Assembly (NCBI RefSeq): GCF_009914755.1
Contig: NC_060934.1
From: the human T2T-CHM13v2.0 reference genome, Homo sapiens
Reading direction: 5' to 3' (one strand)
DNA length: 64,000 nt
Position 1 is the first letter of the stretch, and each line of letters starts with the position of its first letter. Made by a program: the position numbers and the translations under genes. Positions 1 through 14,671 of this stretch are shown here, piece by piece. The notes beneath the pieces were generated by a model. That model made no database searches, was not told the DNA's origin, and saw nothing but the letters and a program-made list of their open reading frames with translations.

Positions 1-259
1 GGTTTGTGTCAGCCGTTTCACTAGAATGCAGGGTCTGAAAAGCATCTTAAGTAATTCTTAAACAAAAGCTTTATGATTCTATCATCAGAGATCCTATCTA
101 CAGGAACAGTGGGGATGCAAAAGGTCTGTATCTGGTGCTATGTGACTTTCAGTTACATGGAAGTGGGCAAAGTGCAGCCTGATGAATGCTTAATTGTAAC
201 CTTATTTCTGTCCAGAACCTGCCATGGAATTCTTGTTAACCCTGTGATGATGGTTTCAT
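1..259 (-). mobile_element. ERV1 solo LTR, LTR26-like (cut by window edge)
   Basis: Ends in ...gatggtttca (TGAAACC on minus strand). Homologous over about 250 bp to the LTR at 8602-9126 (gtgcagcctgatgaat, gtccagaacc, aattcttgt). Confidence 0.7.
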
Positions 260-394
260 GCCCAGTATATTCTTCTCAGAAAAGTGTTTCTACCTCCTCT
301 TAGACAGAGTGAATAAGAGACGGTGAGAGGCCAGATGTTATATTAATGTCTTGATGGTCATCCTTTTCATGGAGGAAGCACCAGAAGTTCCCCT

Positions 395-835
395 TGTGGA
401 GTTCTAATTAGAGAAAAGGAGTTGGGCTGGTGGGACCAAAGGAATGCAAAAAGAAGCAGATAAGCTACAAATCTGCCCTTCTTCATGATCCAAGACACAT
501 AACCCTCCTGCACAAGTAACTTACAATCTTCCTGCACTCAGCTATCACCAGACCCTCAGCTGATAGAAAAATGCAAGTTAGCTCGCTGCAACCTTGGCAA
601 TATCAGTACTGCATAAAGCCCTCTTCAGCACAAGCACAAACACTATTGTTTAAAATCCCCAGCAAGCCTTTGTCTCCTGACAGTCAGCTCCTTTTTGCTG
701 GCCTGCCTGTTGCTCCCCTGCAACGTATTTTTCTACTTCCTCTAATAAATCTGCCTTTCTTTACCTACAACTGTCTTGGTAAATGCTTTCATCACTGGCA
801 CCACTGGTCTAGATAGTCACCACTCATCCATGACA
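395..835 (+). mobile_element. ERV1 solo LTR, MER83-like
   Basis: TG...CA termini (tgtggagttctaatt...atgaca), internal aataaa, 5-bp TSD cccct at 390-394 and 836-840. Confidence 0.75.
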
Positions 836-990
836 CCCCTTACCTTATAGTGAATAGATTTTAGCTGTGTATCCTGTAACTTTTCAACCATACCATGGTT
901 CGCTAGAATTGATAACACTTTTCAACCCTATCCCGATAGTAGTTGTCAGGAAATGCTAGTGAAAGAGTTTGGAATTAAACTAGCATTCTA

Positions 991-1164
991 GCCGAGCGTG
1001 GTGGCTCACATCTGTAGTCCCAGCTAATAGGAAGGCTGAGGCAGGAGGATCAATTAAATCCAGGAATTCAAGGATGCAGTGAGCTATGATTGTGCCACTG
1101 AACTCCAGCATGGGTGACAGAGCAAGATGCCATCCCTAACAAAAAACAAAAGCAAAAGAAAAAA
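991..1164 (+). mobile_element. Free Alu monomer (FAM/FRAM-like)
   Basis: Single Alu arm (gtggtggctcac...gcagtgagctatgattgtgccact) with A-rich tail. Confidence 0.8.
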
Positions 1165-1454
1165 CTGAGAGTCCAAAGATGTGTTTGATTTAAATAAGTA
1201 GAAAGAGCAAGATCATTATTCTAGACAGAAGGAAACAATTTGAGCCAAGAAATATTCATTCTGTATTTAGGGGACAAATACATGAGCTGACTAATTTGAA
1301 GAGTTTCTAAAAAGCTAAGTTTGAGCAAGCCATGCCTGGCGAAGAAGTTGAAGGTTTCCAGCGATCACATGTGGAATCAGATGGTCTGACTACTGAGCTT
1401 TCTATCTTTGAAAAAACCCTGTGGATGTATAAATGTTCTACAATTTTATGCCAG

Positions 1455-1900
1455 TCATTTGCCTGTTTGCTATCAGATTCATTCTCTACCCTTCCCTTGC
1501 TCTGGTCTGTATTGTAGGAAAATCATTTTCCAGAATTTCCATAATTGCCTTCTGGCTGGGTTTGGCCAATGGGAGGCACTGGCATGAGATTGGAGGGTAA
1601 GTGGTAGGAAGAGATCAAGGCACATTTTGTCCTCTCTTTCTGGCATCTCCAATAGTAATCATGTCTCTTCTAGGTTCCTGATCCCAGAAGATGTCCCTGC
1701 GGTGGTTCCACCTTCCACCAGCTTCTGCCAGATCCTGGACTCCAGGAACACTGCCCCCTTCAGGCCAACTTTTTGGACTTCCTCACTGTCTTCTGAGCCC
1801 CCAGGTCTTCCAACACTTTTGCAGCCACTTCCCTGTATTAAATGCCCTCTGTTTGAAATATCTAGAATAATTTTCATTTTCATGGTTGGACTGATTCACC
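1455..1900 (+). mobile_element. Ancient ERVL LTR fragment, LTR33-like
   Basis: ggccaatgggaggcactggcatgagattggaggg and cttccctgtattaaatgccctctgtttgaaata match recalled LTR33 motifs. Confidence 0.5.
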
Positions 1901-2019
1901 ACTTTCCCTCCCACTCAAATTCAGTAAGATCTACTATCTTATGACAGATATCTACCCACTCATTGCTTCCCGATGCAGACATAAACTTGGATCCCAGGCC
2001 GTGGAAGAGCAGGTCAAGG

Positions 2020-2650
2020 TTTGCTCCTTAGAATTGTTGCTTTGGTGACATGTGGAGAAGGATGGTGGTTGCTGAGACTAGAGGAGACTTGTTGAGAGAC
2101 AATTGCAATGATTCAAGAGGGAGAGGACAAAGGTGTAAAGTCAGACTGTTTCACTGCAGAGGTAGAGTGGGGAAAGGGACACGAGAGATGCAGAAGAGGC
2201 AGAATCAGGTCCCTGATTGGATGGGGCATTTTGGGAAGATGAAGGAGGCTGGAATGATTCCCAGGTTCCTCCAGAGTGAATGGATGGCACTTGTGTTCTT
2301 GACTGAGCTTGAGGACACAAGAAGAGGGGCAGCAGATCTAGATGGCTAGGAAGATCATGAGTTTGTGGCACGTTGAGTTTGGGGGGCATGTTGTACTCAG
2401 GAAAGGGCAGGAGAGAGATGGTTTAATGTCACAGCATAGGTGATAAGAGATCTATGGATATATAGGTGAAATCCCCGGGAGATGTGGATAGAAAAGAGTT
2501 AAAGGCAGAACATGGAAGAGCCTCAACATGGACAGAGAAGGCAGAGGACTGAGTTGGAACAGCCCGAGAGCTCAGAGGAGAGCCAGGGAAGAGCAACATC
2601 ATGGAGGCCAAGGGAGAGCATGGTTCAAAAAGGGAATGGTCACTGTGTCA
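2020..2650 (-). mobile_element. L2 LINE fragment
   Basis: Purine-rich degenerate L2 motifs (atgattcccaggtt, gttgagtttg, agccagggaagagc, tggtcactgtgtcaaa). Confidence 0.55.
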
Positions 2651-2658
2651 AAGCCTGC

Positions 2659-3090
2659 TTTTAAAGCAAACTAAATATGGCCTGAGAAGGACTCCATACT
2701 TCTATATTTGAGTCCTTGTGGATGAACTGTAACCTAGCTTAATAGGCAGACAAAATTGAAACCCTAACTTCACAGTATGCACCTGTAACAATAGCTAAGT
2801 CTTGGCCAATCCCAGCGGCCATACTTCAACCATTCATACACTGCTGAGTGTTCAAACTGTGTTCAAATAAGTCAAATGCCAGCCTGTAACCAATCCAACC
2901 ACTCTGTACCTCACTTCCAATTTCTGTACGTCATTTCTCTCTTTTTTGTCTATAAATCTTCTTTCACCACGTGGCTGTGCTTGAGTCTCTGTGAATCTGC
3001 TGTGATTCTGGGGGCTGCCTGATTCACATATCATTCATTGCTCAATTAAACTGCTTTAAATTTAATTCGACTGCAGTTTTTCTTTTATCA
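2659..3090 (+). mobile_element. ERV1 solo LTR, MER57-like
   Basis: aactaaatatggcctgagaaggactcc start, attaaa polyA signal, ends ttttatca; 4-bp TSD ctgc at 2655-2658 and 3091-3094. Confidence 0.8.
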
Positions 3091-3207
3091 CTGCACAATG
3101 GCCAAGAAGGATCAGTCACAGGAATTGACTGCTAGGAGGATATGTACAGATGTGGGTAAGTGACAGATGTAGATACTCAAGCTTGAATAAGTTTATGCCT
3201 GATGGCT

Positions 3208-3266
3208 ACACACACACACACTCTCTCTCTCTCTCTGTGTCTCACACAAACACACACACACAGACA
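3208..3266. repeat. Compound (CA)n(CT)n microsatellite
   Basis: Seen directly. Confidence 0.9.
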
Positions 3267-3336
3267 CCTGTTTAGAGTTATATTTTAGGCAAGAAAGATG
3301 GTATCTATTATACATCATCTGGTTGCTCTAGTCTAG

Positions 3337-3994
<658 letters not shown>

Positions 3995-4552
3995 TAAGGT
4001 GCTTTGAATAATTTGGTGTCTCTAAGAGTTCTGAGAGTTGTCTGGGCTTTCATTTTTGGTTCACCGAAGCAGGACTGATGAACACAGGGCCATTCAGGTG
4101 ATGGGCATTTCCTGGTGTCACATGGGAAGATGCTGCTGATACCCAAGCAGACACACGGAGCGGTTGATTAGTGTCACCACTCAGATGGTTTTCAACATCA
4201 TTTTACCACCAAGACTGCAGGCCCAGATTCTCCTAAGCCAAGAGAGGTGAGGTGTAGGGTGGTGGGTATGGAGGAGTTTGTGGGTGGCTAGTAAAGGACA
4301 AACAACAAGTAACATCTTCTGGCTTAGAGTCCTCTCAAATTATCTGAAATGATATTGCTTGGAGCCTCCTTACCCTTATATTGCCCCTTAGTCCACTGGG
4401 CAGAGCAGAGGTGCCAAGATGTAGAGTGGAGGAGAGTTTGGGGGCGCAAGGGGTTTATGGAGTCATTAACAAGAGCGTTGATCCTTCATAGGTGGAGGTG
4501 GCTGTATCCCCAGGAATCCCAGAGAGCCTGTCATAGATGCTTCTTTGTGGCA

Positions 4553-4740
4553 GTGGTCAGGGTTCTCACCTGGGCTGTAAATTGGACTCCTCTGGGGAGC
4601 TTAGACAACACCAGGCCTGAGCCCCATACCCGCCCCATCCTCCTCTCTGCCCCTGATTTGTGCTTCTGTTGGTCTGGAACAGGCCTAAGCATCAGAGTTT
4701 TTAAAAAGCTGCCCAAGTGTGGCCAGGGTGAAGAATTTTT
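4553..4740. mobile_element. MER5-type hAT DNA transposon relic
   Basis: ttctcacct...ctggggagctt...gcatcagagtttttaaaaagctgccca pattern. Confidence 0.45.
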
Positions 4741-5403
4741 GAGTTCTAGGTTATTCTTTTGGGCTTTTAAAGGGTATGAAGCTTCCTACACAACAAAGGA
4801 AATAATCATTGACGTGAAAAGGCAACGTATGGAATGGGAGAAAATATTTGCAAATTATCCATTTGATAGGAGGTGAATTGCCACAATATATAAGGAACTC
4901 ATATAATTCAGAAGCCAAAAAACAAATAACCCCGTTAAAAAATGATAAAAACATTTCTCCAAAGAATTCATACAAATGGCCAACGAGCACATGAAATGTA
5001 CTTAATTAATATCACTAACCATCAGGAAAATGCAAATCAAAACCAGAGTGAGCTATCACCTCACACATGTTAGGGTGACTATCATCAAAAAGACAAAAGA
5101 TCAGCATTGGCAAGAATGTGTGGAAAAGGGAAACGTGCACAGTCTTGATGGGAATGTCAATTAGTACAGGGAGGTTCCTCAACACACTCAAAATAGAACT
5201 CCCATATGATCCAGCAATCTCAAATCTCAGTATATATCCAAAAGAAAGAAAATTACTATCTCAAAGAGATATTTGCACTTCCAAGTTCATTGCAGCATTA
5301 TTCACAATAGCCATGATAAAAACAACCTACGTGTCCATCAGTGGATGAGTGGATAAAGAAAATGTCATAAACACACACACATTATGAAGTATTACTTAAT
5401 TAA

Positions 5404-5718
<315 letters not shown>

Positions 5719-6062
5719 TAATCTTTAAAAGAAAGAAATTTTGTCATTTGTGACAACATTGAACCTGGAGGACATTTTGTGAAGTAAAATAAGACAGGCA
5801 CAGAGAGACAAATGCTGATGTCACTTATATGTGGAATCTAAAAAAGTCAAACTCGTAGAAACAGAAAGTAGGGGGTTGTTACCAGAGGTTGGACCAACGG
5901 GAGGGGAGAGGAAATGAGGAGCTATTGGTTAAGGGGTACAAACTTTCTGTTATAAGATGAATAAGTTCTGGAGATCTAAGGTACAGCATGGTGACTATAG
6001 GATTAATAATAATGTATTCTAGGTTTGAAATTTGCTAAGAGGTTAGATCTTAAGTTGTCTCA

Positions 6063-6108
<46 letters not shown>

Positions 6109-6226
6109 CCCACACTACACAAAGGTAACTGTGAAGCGACGGATATGCTAATTAGCTTAATTGTGATAATCATTTCACAATGCATACATATATCAAAACA
6201 TTATGTTGTGTATCTTAAGTATATAC

Positions 6227-6520
6227 TTTTTTTGTTGTTTTTTTGGAGACATGGATCCCATTCTGTTGCCCAGGCTGAAGTGCAGTGGTGCCATCATAGC
6301 TTACTGCAGCCTTGAGTCCCTGGGCTCAAGTGATCCTTCTCCCCAGGCTCCTAAATGGCTAAGGTGTGCATTGCCAGAGCCAGCTAATTTTTGTATTTTA
6401 TGTAGAGATGAGGTCTCACTATATTCCTCAGGCTGGTCTCAAACTCTTGACCTCCAGTGATCCTCCCACCTTGGTTCCCCGAAATATTGGGATTACAGAT
6501 GTGAGCCACTGCATGCGTGC
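6227..6520 (-). mobile_element. AluJ
   Basis: Diverged dimeric Alu with J-type ctgcagccttg...gggctcaag. Confidence 0.9.
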
Positions 6521-6615
6521 TTATTTGTTAATTATACCTCAAATAACCTGTGGAGGGTAAGAGCATAAGCCTTCTGGGGAGGTTTGGCACTTGGCTGTGA
6601 TGCAGGCCTTCTGAC

Positions 6616-6759
6616 TTTTTTTTTTCTTTTTAAAATAATTAAAATAGAGATGGGGGTCTCACAAGTCCAGGCTGGTCTCAAACTCCTGGTCTCAAGTGAT
6701 CCTACCACCTCAGCCTCCCAAAGTGCTGGGATTACAGGTGTGAGCCATGGTGCCCAGCC
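6616..6759 (-). mobile_element. Alu left monomer (FLAM-like)
   Basis: Single arm with T-rich tail. Confidence 0.85.
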
Positions 6760-7739
6760 ATGACTTTGTTGCTCAGCTCATCTTTGCCTCACACTGGCTG
6801 ATGTCAGCTGCTGCGATAGGTGAGGTTTTAAGGGGGGTGGAGAGGGATTGGCAGGGGGCAGTTTTGCCATCAGAGTGGAGGTGAGGGGTCTGTTGTGGTG
6901 GCAGTCAGCAGCTGCCTGAGGATCTGGGAGAGACCTAGCAGGCAGTGAGGACAGTGGATGGCAAGGGGCCTCAGAGCTCTGTGACCTCATAATTTTCCTG
7001 TGGGACCACAAAGGTGGCTTCCACAGTGCATAGTGGTTATCAGCTGTGCCTCCCTCTTAGAGGTCCTCGGAGTCCAGAGTCCTCGAAGGGAAATCTGACA
7101 CAAAGAAGCAGGTGTGAGACCGGCCCCTTTCTCCCATGCCTTAGACAGGGCTCCAGGGACTGCTTCAGGGGAGATGTCAGAGGGCAGCAGGGACCGGGAA
7201 GGGAGGAAGAAAGCAGAGTGACAGTGAGAGGTGGGAAAACTACAAGAGGAATTGTTTGTACGCTTGGATCTGGACTTTTAGAACTGGTCAGGACCTGACA
7301 GATCCTCCAGCCCAGTTCTCCCGGCTCTCAAACACTGGCATCATTTATAATTCCCTGGAAAATCACCAGCAGGTAAATGAAGGAGAAAAGAAAAGAACAA
7401 AATCCACCGGGAACCAGAGACTTCCAGGCTCCAAAGACAGGCAATCTCCACCAGGAAGTAAGTATAAAATCAACTTACAGTACTTCTTTCTTTAGCACTT
7501 AAAATGGATTTTATCTCATTAATGTCCAACAGAGACAAGGGCAACTCCTGGAGGAGCTGTTTCCTCACCCCATACGGCAGCTAGTTCCTCATTTGTCCTT
7601 CAGAGGCATGTAGAATCGTTCATTCACTGAATATTTATTGAGCATGTACTCTGCGCTGAGCACTGTTCTAGATGCTCAGAGTGGTGAATAAATCAGCTGA
7701 GGGAGGATCCTAGCCAGCCAGAGTTTACAGTGTCTTGCA

Positions 7740-8296
7740 TGAGGGGGCTCAGGATATGCCATCCCAAACTGTGACTGTAGGAGATTAGCATATGCCATCC
7801 CAAAATATGCCCTTTGGCTTAAAGGATTATGTTGATTTGATTATTTTGAGAAACTGCAGACACAGGAGAAGCCCTGAAAAGTTAGTCTTCTGGAAGAGAA
7901 ATTTACATCTACAAAGGAAATCTCCATTTGTAAGTGTGTCTTCTTCTGCACTAGGAAGAGAAGGATGACTAAATCAGAGAAGTCTCTTGTCAGAGAAAGC
8001 ACGGACTTCAGTCTTCAGACTGAAGAGAATATACCTTCGTTTTATGATGATTTTTCTGGCCATCTCATCTTAACTGGGTCTTTCCCTACACTTTCTTTCT
8101 TTGTAGTTTAAATTACACCTTTGAGATCTATTCTAGAGATTACTCATCTCTCTGATTTATCTCCCATGGATACAAGAGGAATATATGCTATTAAACTACT
8201 GTTTGTTTTTCTCTTGTTAATCTGTCTTTTGTTACAGAGAAGCTCAGCTAAGAACTCAGGAAGGGTGGAGGAGAAAATTATTTTTCCTGCCCTGTA
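7740..8296 (+). mobile_element. ERV1 solo LTR, MER34-like
   Basis: atatgccatcccaaaatatgcc start motif (present twice); ttttctcttgttaatctgtcttttgttacag near the 3' end. Confidence 0.65.
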
Positions 8297-8601
8297 TGGA
8301 TGAGATGGGTGGCAAACAAACACTTAACTGGCAATGCTGAGTGGCATGGAGAACATGAAGTTGAGAGCAGCTCGGGAAGGCTGGTGTGTGCTAGTGGGGT
8401 CGTTATTTTCAGTAGGATGATGGGGAAGGACCTCACTAGCAGAGGAATCCTGAGCAGAGACCTGGAAGATCTGGAGAAGCCCATGTATTCACAGGTGGAA
8501 CAGGGGTGGCACTCAGAGGGAATGGCAAGTATGAAAGCCCTAAATTGGGGTGTCCTGAATGTGTTGGAAGAGCAAGGAGGCTGGTGTGGCTGGAGAGAAG
8601 T

Positions 8602-9126
8602 TGTAACACTGATAAGTTCATTGCCCCATGCACACAGCATGTCTCCAGGTTGCAGCAGAGAAAGGGGTTCAATCCTAGGGTCACTGAACGAGGAGACGGG
8701 AGGAAATCTCAAGTCCGTTTCCCCAAGGAGTTTGGAAGTTAGGGTTTTTAAAGGTTTTGGAGTGGGCTGAAGTGTTGAGATTGTTGACTGGTAGAAGAGT
8801 GAAGGGTGAAGTCACGAGACAGGGAGAGGAAGAAGCTGTGTTCTCAGGCTGACCCTGTTCCTCTGTGGGGGTCTTCAAACTGGCTGCTAGAATTCGGGGT
8901 CTGAAAAACATCTTAAGCAATCCTTAACCAAAAGCATTATGATTCTAATGTTAGATATCCTGTCTATAGGAACAATGAGGATGCAAATGGGCAGGATCTG
9001 GTGCCAGCTGACTTTTAGCAACAAGGAAGTGGGCCTGAGTGCAGCCTGATGAATCCTTGATTGTAACTATATTTTTGTCCAGAACCATGGCATGCAATTC
9101 TTGTCAACCCTCTGGGATTGGTTTCA
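8602..9126 (-). mobile_element. ERV1 solo LTR, LTR26-like, inserted in an L2 fragment
   Basis: TG...CA termini; 4-bp TSD aagt at 8598-8601 and 9127-9130. Confidence 0.8.
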
Positions 9127-9202
9127 AAGTGATAACTTTGAAAAGAGAAAATGGGGGTATGTTGGCCAATGAGGCCACAGCGAGCCTGACCTCACAGGGC
9201 CT

Positions 9203-9831
9203 TGTGTAGTAAAGGGTTAATCTTACCCAAAGAGAGGTCTGGCCTTGGCTCTCTGCTCCTGGGAGGTGATCTCTGTGGCCTTGCAATGTCCTGCCTGGTA
9301 AAAGTGTTTTTTTTTACCTTGGGGCCTTGGGGTACACTGGATTGTGAAACAATATGATGGGGGCCTTAGGTCATATCATATCAGTTTGATTTCTGGAGAA
9401 AGTTTTGATTTCTGGAGGAAAACAAAACATCAGCCATGAAGACAGTCGACAATATCTATGTAGTGAGCCTGAAGAAAAGCTCTAGATACCAAGGCTCAGA
9501 TGACCTTTCCTGGTTGGCCATACTCTGTGTGCAACATCATGCATCGTGGCTGGGAGAAGACAGTGCTATTTGTTGCTCCACTGGGAAAGGACCCCTGGGA
9601 GCTCCACGTGTGGAACTCTCTTGCACTTGGCCTCATGCGTCTCTTCTCTTGGTGAATTTAATCTGTATTCTTTCCCTGTAAGAAACCATAACCGTGGGTA
9701 TAATAGCTGTCAGTGAGCTCTGTGAATATTTTCAACAAGTTATCAAAAATTGAGGGTGGTCTTGGGGACCCCAGAACTTGCAATTGGTGTCAGAAGTGAG
9801 AGTTGTCTTGGGACCACCTTCTAACTTTACA
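9203..9831 (+). mobile_element. ERVL solo LTR, MER21/MER77-like
   Basis: tgtgtagtaaagggttaatcttacccaaagagaggtctggcc...actttaca; 5-bp TSD ggcct/ggctt. Confidence 0.75.
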
Positions 9832-10398
9832 GGCTTATAGAATGTCTTATGGACTTTGGCTCTTACTTTATATGAGTTGAGGGCCATTGTTTTGCAGGCT
9901 TTGAGCAGAGGAGTGACATTAGCTGACTATACACATATATTATATATATATATAAAATATATATTTTTATTATTATACTTTAAGTTCTGGGATACATGTG
10001 CAGAACACACAGGTTTGTTACATATGTATACATGTGCCACGGTGGTTTGCTGCACCCATCAACCCATCATGTACATTAGGTATTTCTACGAATGCTATCC
10101 CTCCCCTTACCCCCCATCACCTCGACAGGCCCCAGTGTGTGATGTTACCCTCCCTGTGTTCATGTGTTCTCATTGTCAACTCACACTTATGAGTGAGAAC
10201 ATGCGGTGTTTGGTTTTCTGTTCCTGTGTTAGTTTGCTGAGAATGATGGTTTCCAACTTCATCCATGTTTCTGCAAAGGACATTAAATTATATTTTTTAT
10301 GGCTGCATAGTATTCCATGGTGTATATGTGCCACATTTTCTTTATTCAGTCTATCATTGATGGGCATTTGGGTTGGTTCCAAGTCTTTGCTATTGTGA

Positions 10399-10733
<335 letters not shown>

Positions 10734-12935
10734 GCTGGCATATGTGTCTTTAGAGTAGAATGATTTATAATCCTTTAGGTATATACCCAGTAAAGGGATT
10801 GCTAGGTCAAATGGTATTTCTGGTTCTAGATCTTTGAGGAATCACCACACTGTCTTCCACAATGGTTGAACTAATTTATACTCCCACCAACAGTGTAAAA
10901 GCGTTCCTATTTCTCCACATCCTCTCCAGGATCTGTTGTTTCCTGACTTTTTAATGATCGCCATTCTAACCGGCATGAGATGGTGTCTCATTGTGGTTTT
11001 GATTTGCATTTCTCTAATGACCAGTGATGATGAGCTTTTTTTCATATGTTTGTTGGCTGCATAAATGTCTTCTTTTGTGAAGTGTCTGTTCATATCCTTT
11101 GCCCACTTTTTGATGGGGTTGTTTGTTTTTCTGTTGTAAATTTGTTTAAGTTCCTTGTAGATTCTGGATATTAGCCCTTTGTCAGATGGATAGATTGCAA
11201 AAATTTTCTCCCATGCTATTCACTCTGATGATAGTTTATTTTGCTGTGCAGAAGCTCTTTAGTTTAATTAGATCCCATTTGTCAATTTTGGCTTCTGTTG
11301 CAATTGTTTTTGGTGTTTTAGTCATGAAATCTTTGCCCACGTCTATGTCCTGAATGGTATTGCCTAGGTTTTCTTCTAGGGTTTTTATGGTTTCAGGTCT
11401 TACATTTAAGTCTTTAATCCATCTTGAGTTAATTTTTGTATAAGGTGTAAGGAAGGGGTACAGTTTCAGTTTTCTGCATATGGCTAGCCAGTTTTCCCAA
11501 CACCATTTATTAAAAAGGGAATCCTTTGCCCATTGCTTGTTTTTGTCAGGTTTGTCAAAGATCAGATGGTTGCAGATGCACACACCTTATTTCTGAGGCC
11601 TCTGTTCTGTTCCATTGTTCTATATATCTGTTTTTGTACCAGTACCATGCTGTTTTGTTTACTGTAGGCTTGTAGTATAGCTTGAAGTCAGATAGTGTGA
11701 TGCCTCTAGCTTGGTTCTTTTTGCTTAGGATTGCCTTGGCTATACGGGCTCTTTTTTTGGTTCCATATGAAATTTAAAGTAGTTTTTTCTAATTCTGTGA
11801 AGAAAGTTAATGGTAGCTTGATGGGAAGCATTGAATCTGTAAATTACTTTGGGCAGTATGGCCATTTTCACAATATTGATTCTTCCTATCTATGAGCATG
11901 GAATGTTTTTCCATTTGTTTGTGTCCTCTCTTATTTCCTTGAGCAGTGGTTTATAGTTCTTATTAAAGAGGTTCTTCACATCCTTTGTAAGTTATATTCC
12001 TAGGTATTTTATTCTCTTTGTAGCAACTGTGAATGGGAGTTCACTCATGATTTGGCTCTCTGTCTATTATTGGTCTATAGAAGTGCTTGTGATTTTTGCA
12101 CATTTATTTTGTATTCTGAGACTTTGCTGAAGTTGCTTATCAGCTTAAGGAGTTTTTGGGCTGAGACGATGGGGTTTTCTAAATACACAATCATGTCATC
12201 TGAAAACAGAGACAATTTGACTTCCTCTCTTCCTATTTGAATACCCTTTAATTCTTTCTCTTGCCTGATTGCCTTGGCCAGAACTTCCAATACTATGTTG
12301 AATAGGAGTGGTGAGAGAGGGCATCCTTGTCTTGTGCTGATTTTCAAAGGGAATGCTTCCAGCTTTTGCCCATTCAATATGATATTGGCTGTGGGTTTGT
12401 CATAAATAGCTATTATTTTGAGATACGTTCCATCAATGCCTAGTTTATTGAGATTTTTTAGCATGAAGGGGTGTTGAATTTTATCGAAGGCCTTTTCTGC
12501 ATCTGTTGAGATAATTATGTGGTTTTTGCCATTGGTTCTGTTTATGTGATGGATTATGTTTATTGATTTGTGTATATTGAACCTGCCTTGCATCCCATGG
12601 TTGAACCTGACTTGATCATGGTGGATAAGCTTTTTAATGTGCTGCTTGATTTGGTTTGCCAGTATTTTATTGAGGATTTTCACATCAATGTTCATTAGGG
12701 ATATTGGCCTGAAATTTTCTTTTTTTGTTGTGTCTCTGCCAGGTTTTGGTATGAGGATGATGCTGGCCTCATAAAATGAGTTAGGGAGGAGGCCCTCTTT
12801 TTCTATTGTTTGGAATAGTTTCAGAAGGAATGGTACCACCTCCTCTTTGTACCTCTGGTAGAAGTTGGGTATAAATCCGTCTGGTCCTGGGCTTTTTGTT
12901 TTGTTTTGTTTTTTTGGTTGATAGCCTATTAATTA

Positions 12936-13091
<156 letters not shown>

Positions 13092-14262
13092 TTATATTTT
13101 GGTGGGATCAGTGATGATATCCCCTTTATCATTTTTTATTTTGTCTATTTGATTCTTCTCTCTTTTCTTCTTTATTAGTCTGGCTAGCAGTCTATCTATT
13201 TTGTTAATCTTTTTGAAAAAGCAGCTCCTGGATTCATTGATTTTTTGAAGTGTTTTTCATGTCTCTATCTCCTTCAGTTCTGCTCTGATCTTAGTTATTT
13301 CTTGTCTTCTGCTAGCTTTTGAGTTTGTTTGCTCTTACTTCTCTAGTTCTTTTAATTGTGATGTTAGGATGTCAATTTTAGATCTTTCCCACTTTCTCAT
13401 GTGGGCATTTTAGTGCTATCAATTTCCCTCTAAACACTGCTTTAGCTGTGTCCCAGAGATTCTGGCACATTGTGTCTTTGTTCTCATTGGTTTCAAATAA
13501 CTTATTTATTTCTGCCTTAATTTTGTTATTTACCCAATTCAGGAGCAGGTTGTTCAGTTTCCATGTAGTTGTGTGGTTTTGAGTGAGTTTCTTAGTCCTG
13601 AGTTCTAATTTGATTGCACTGTGGTCTAAGAGACTGTTTGTTATGATTTCTGTTCTTTTACATTTGCTGAGGAGTGTTTTATTTCCAATTATGTAGTCAA
13701 TTTTAGAAAAAGTGTGTTGTGTTGCTGAGAAGAATATATATTCTGTTGATTTGGGGTGGAGAGTTCTGTAGATGTATGTTAGGTCCACTTGATCCAGAGC
13801 TGAGTTCAGCTGATATCCTTGTTAATTTTCTGTCTCGTTGATCTGTAATATTGACAGTGGGGTGTTAAAGTCCCCTACTATTATTGTGTGGGAGTCTAAG
13901 TCTCTTTGTAGGTCTCTAGGGACTTGCTTTATGAATCTGCGTGCTCCTGTATTGGGCGCATATATATTTAGGATAGTTAGCTCTTCTTGTTGCATTGATC
14001 CCCTTACCATTATGTAATGCCCTTGTTTGTCTCTTTTGATCTTTGTTGGTTTAAAGTCTGTTTTATCAGAGACTAGGATTGCAACCCCTGCTTTTTTTTG
14101 CTTGCCATTTGCTTGGTAAATCTTCCTCCATCCCTTTATTTTGAGCCTATGTGTGTCTTTGCACATGAAATGGGTCTCCTGAATACAGCACACAGATAGG
14201 TCTTGACTCTTTTTCTGATTTGCCAGTCTCTGTCTTTTAATTGGGGCATTTAGCCCGTTTAC

Positions 14263-14569
<307 letters not shown>

Positions 14570-14671
14570 TAAGGTTAATACTGTGACATGTGAATTCGAT
14601 CCTGTCATCATGATGCTAGCTGGTTATTTTGCACATTATTTGATGCAGTTTCTTCATAGTGTCATTGGTCT

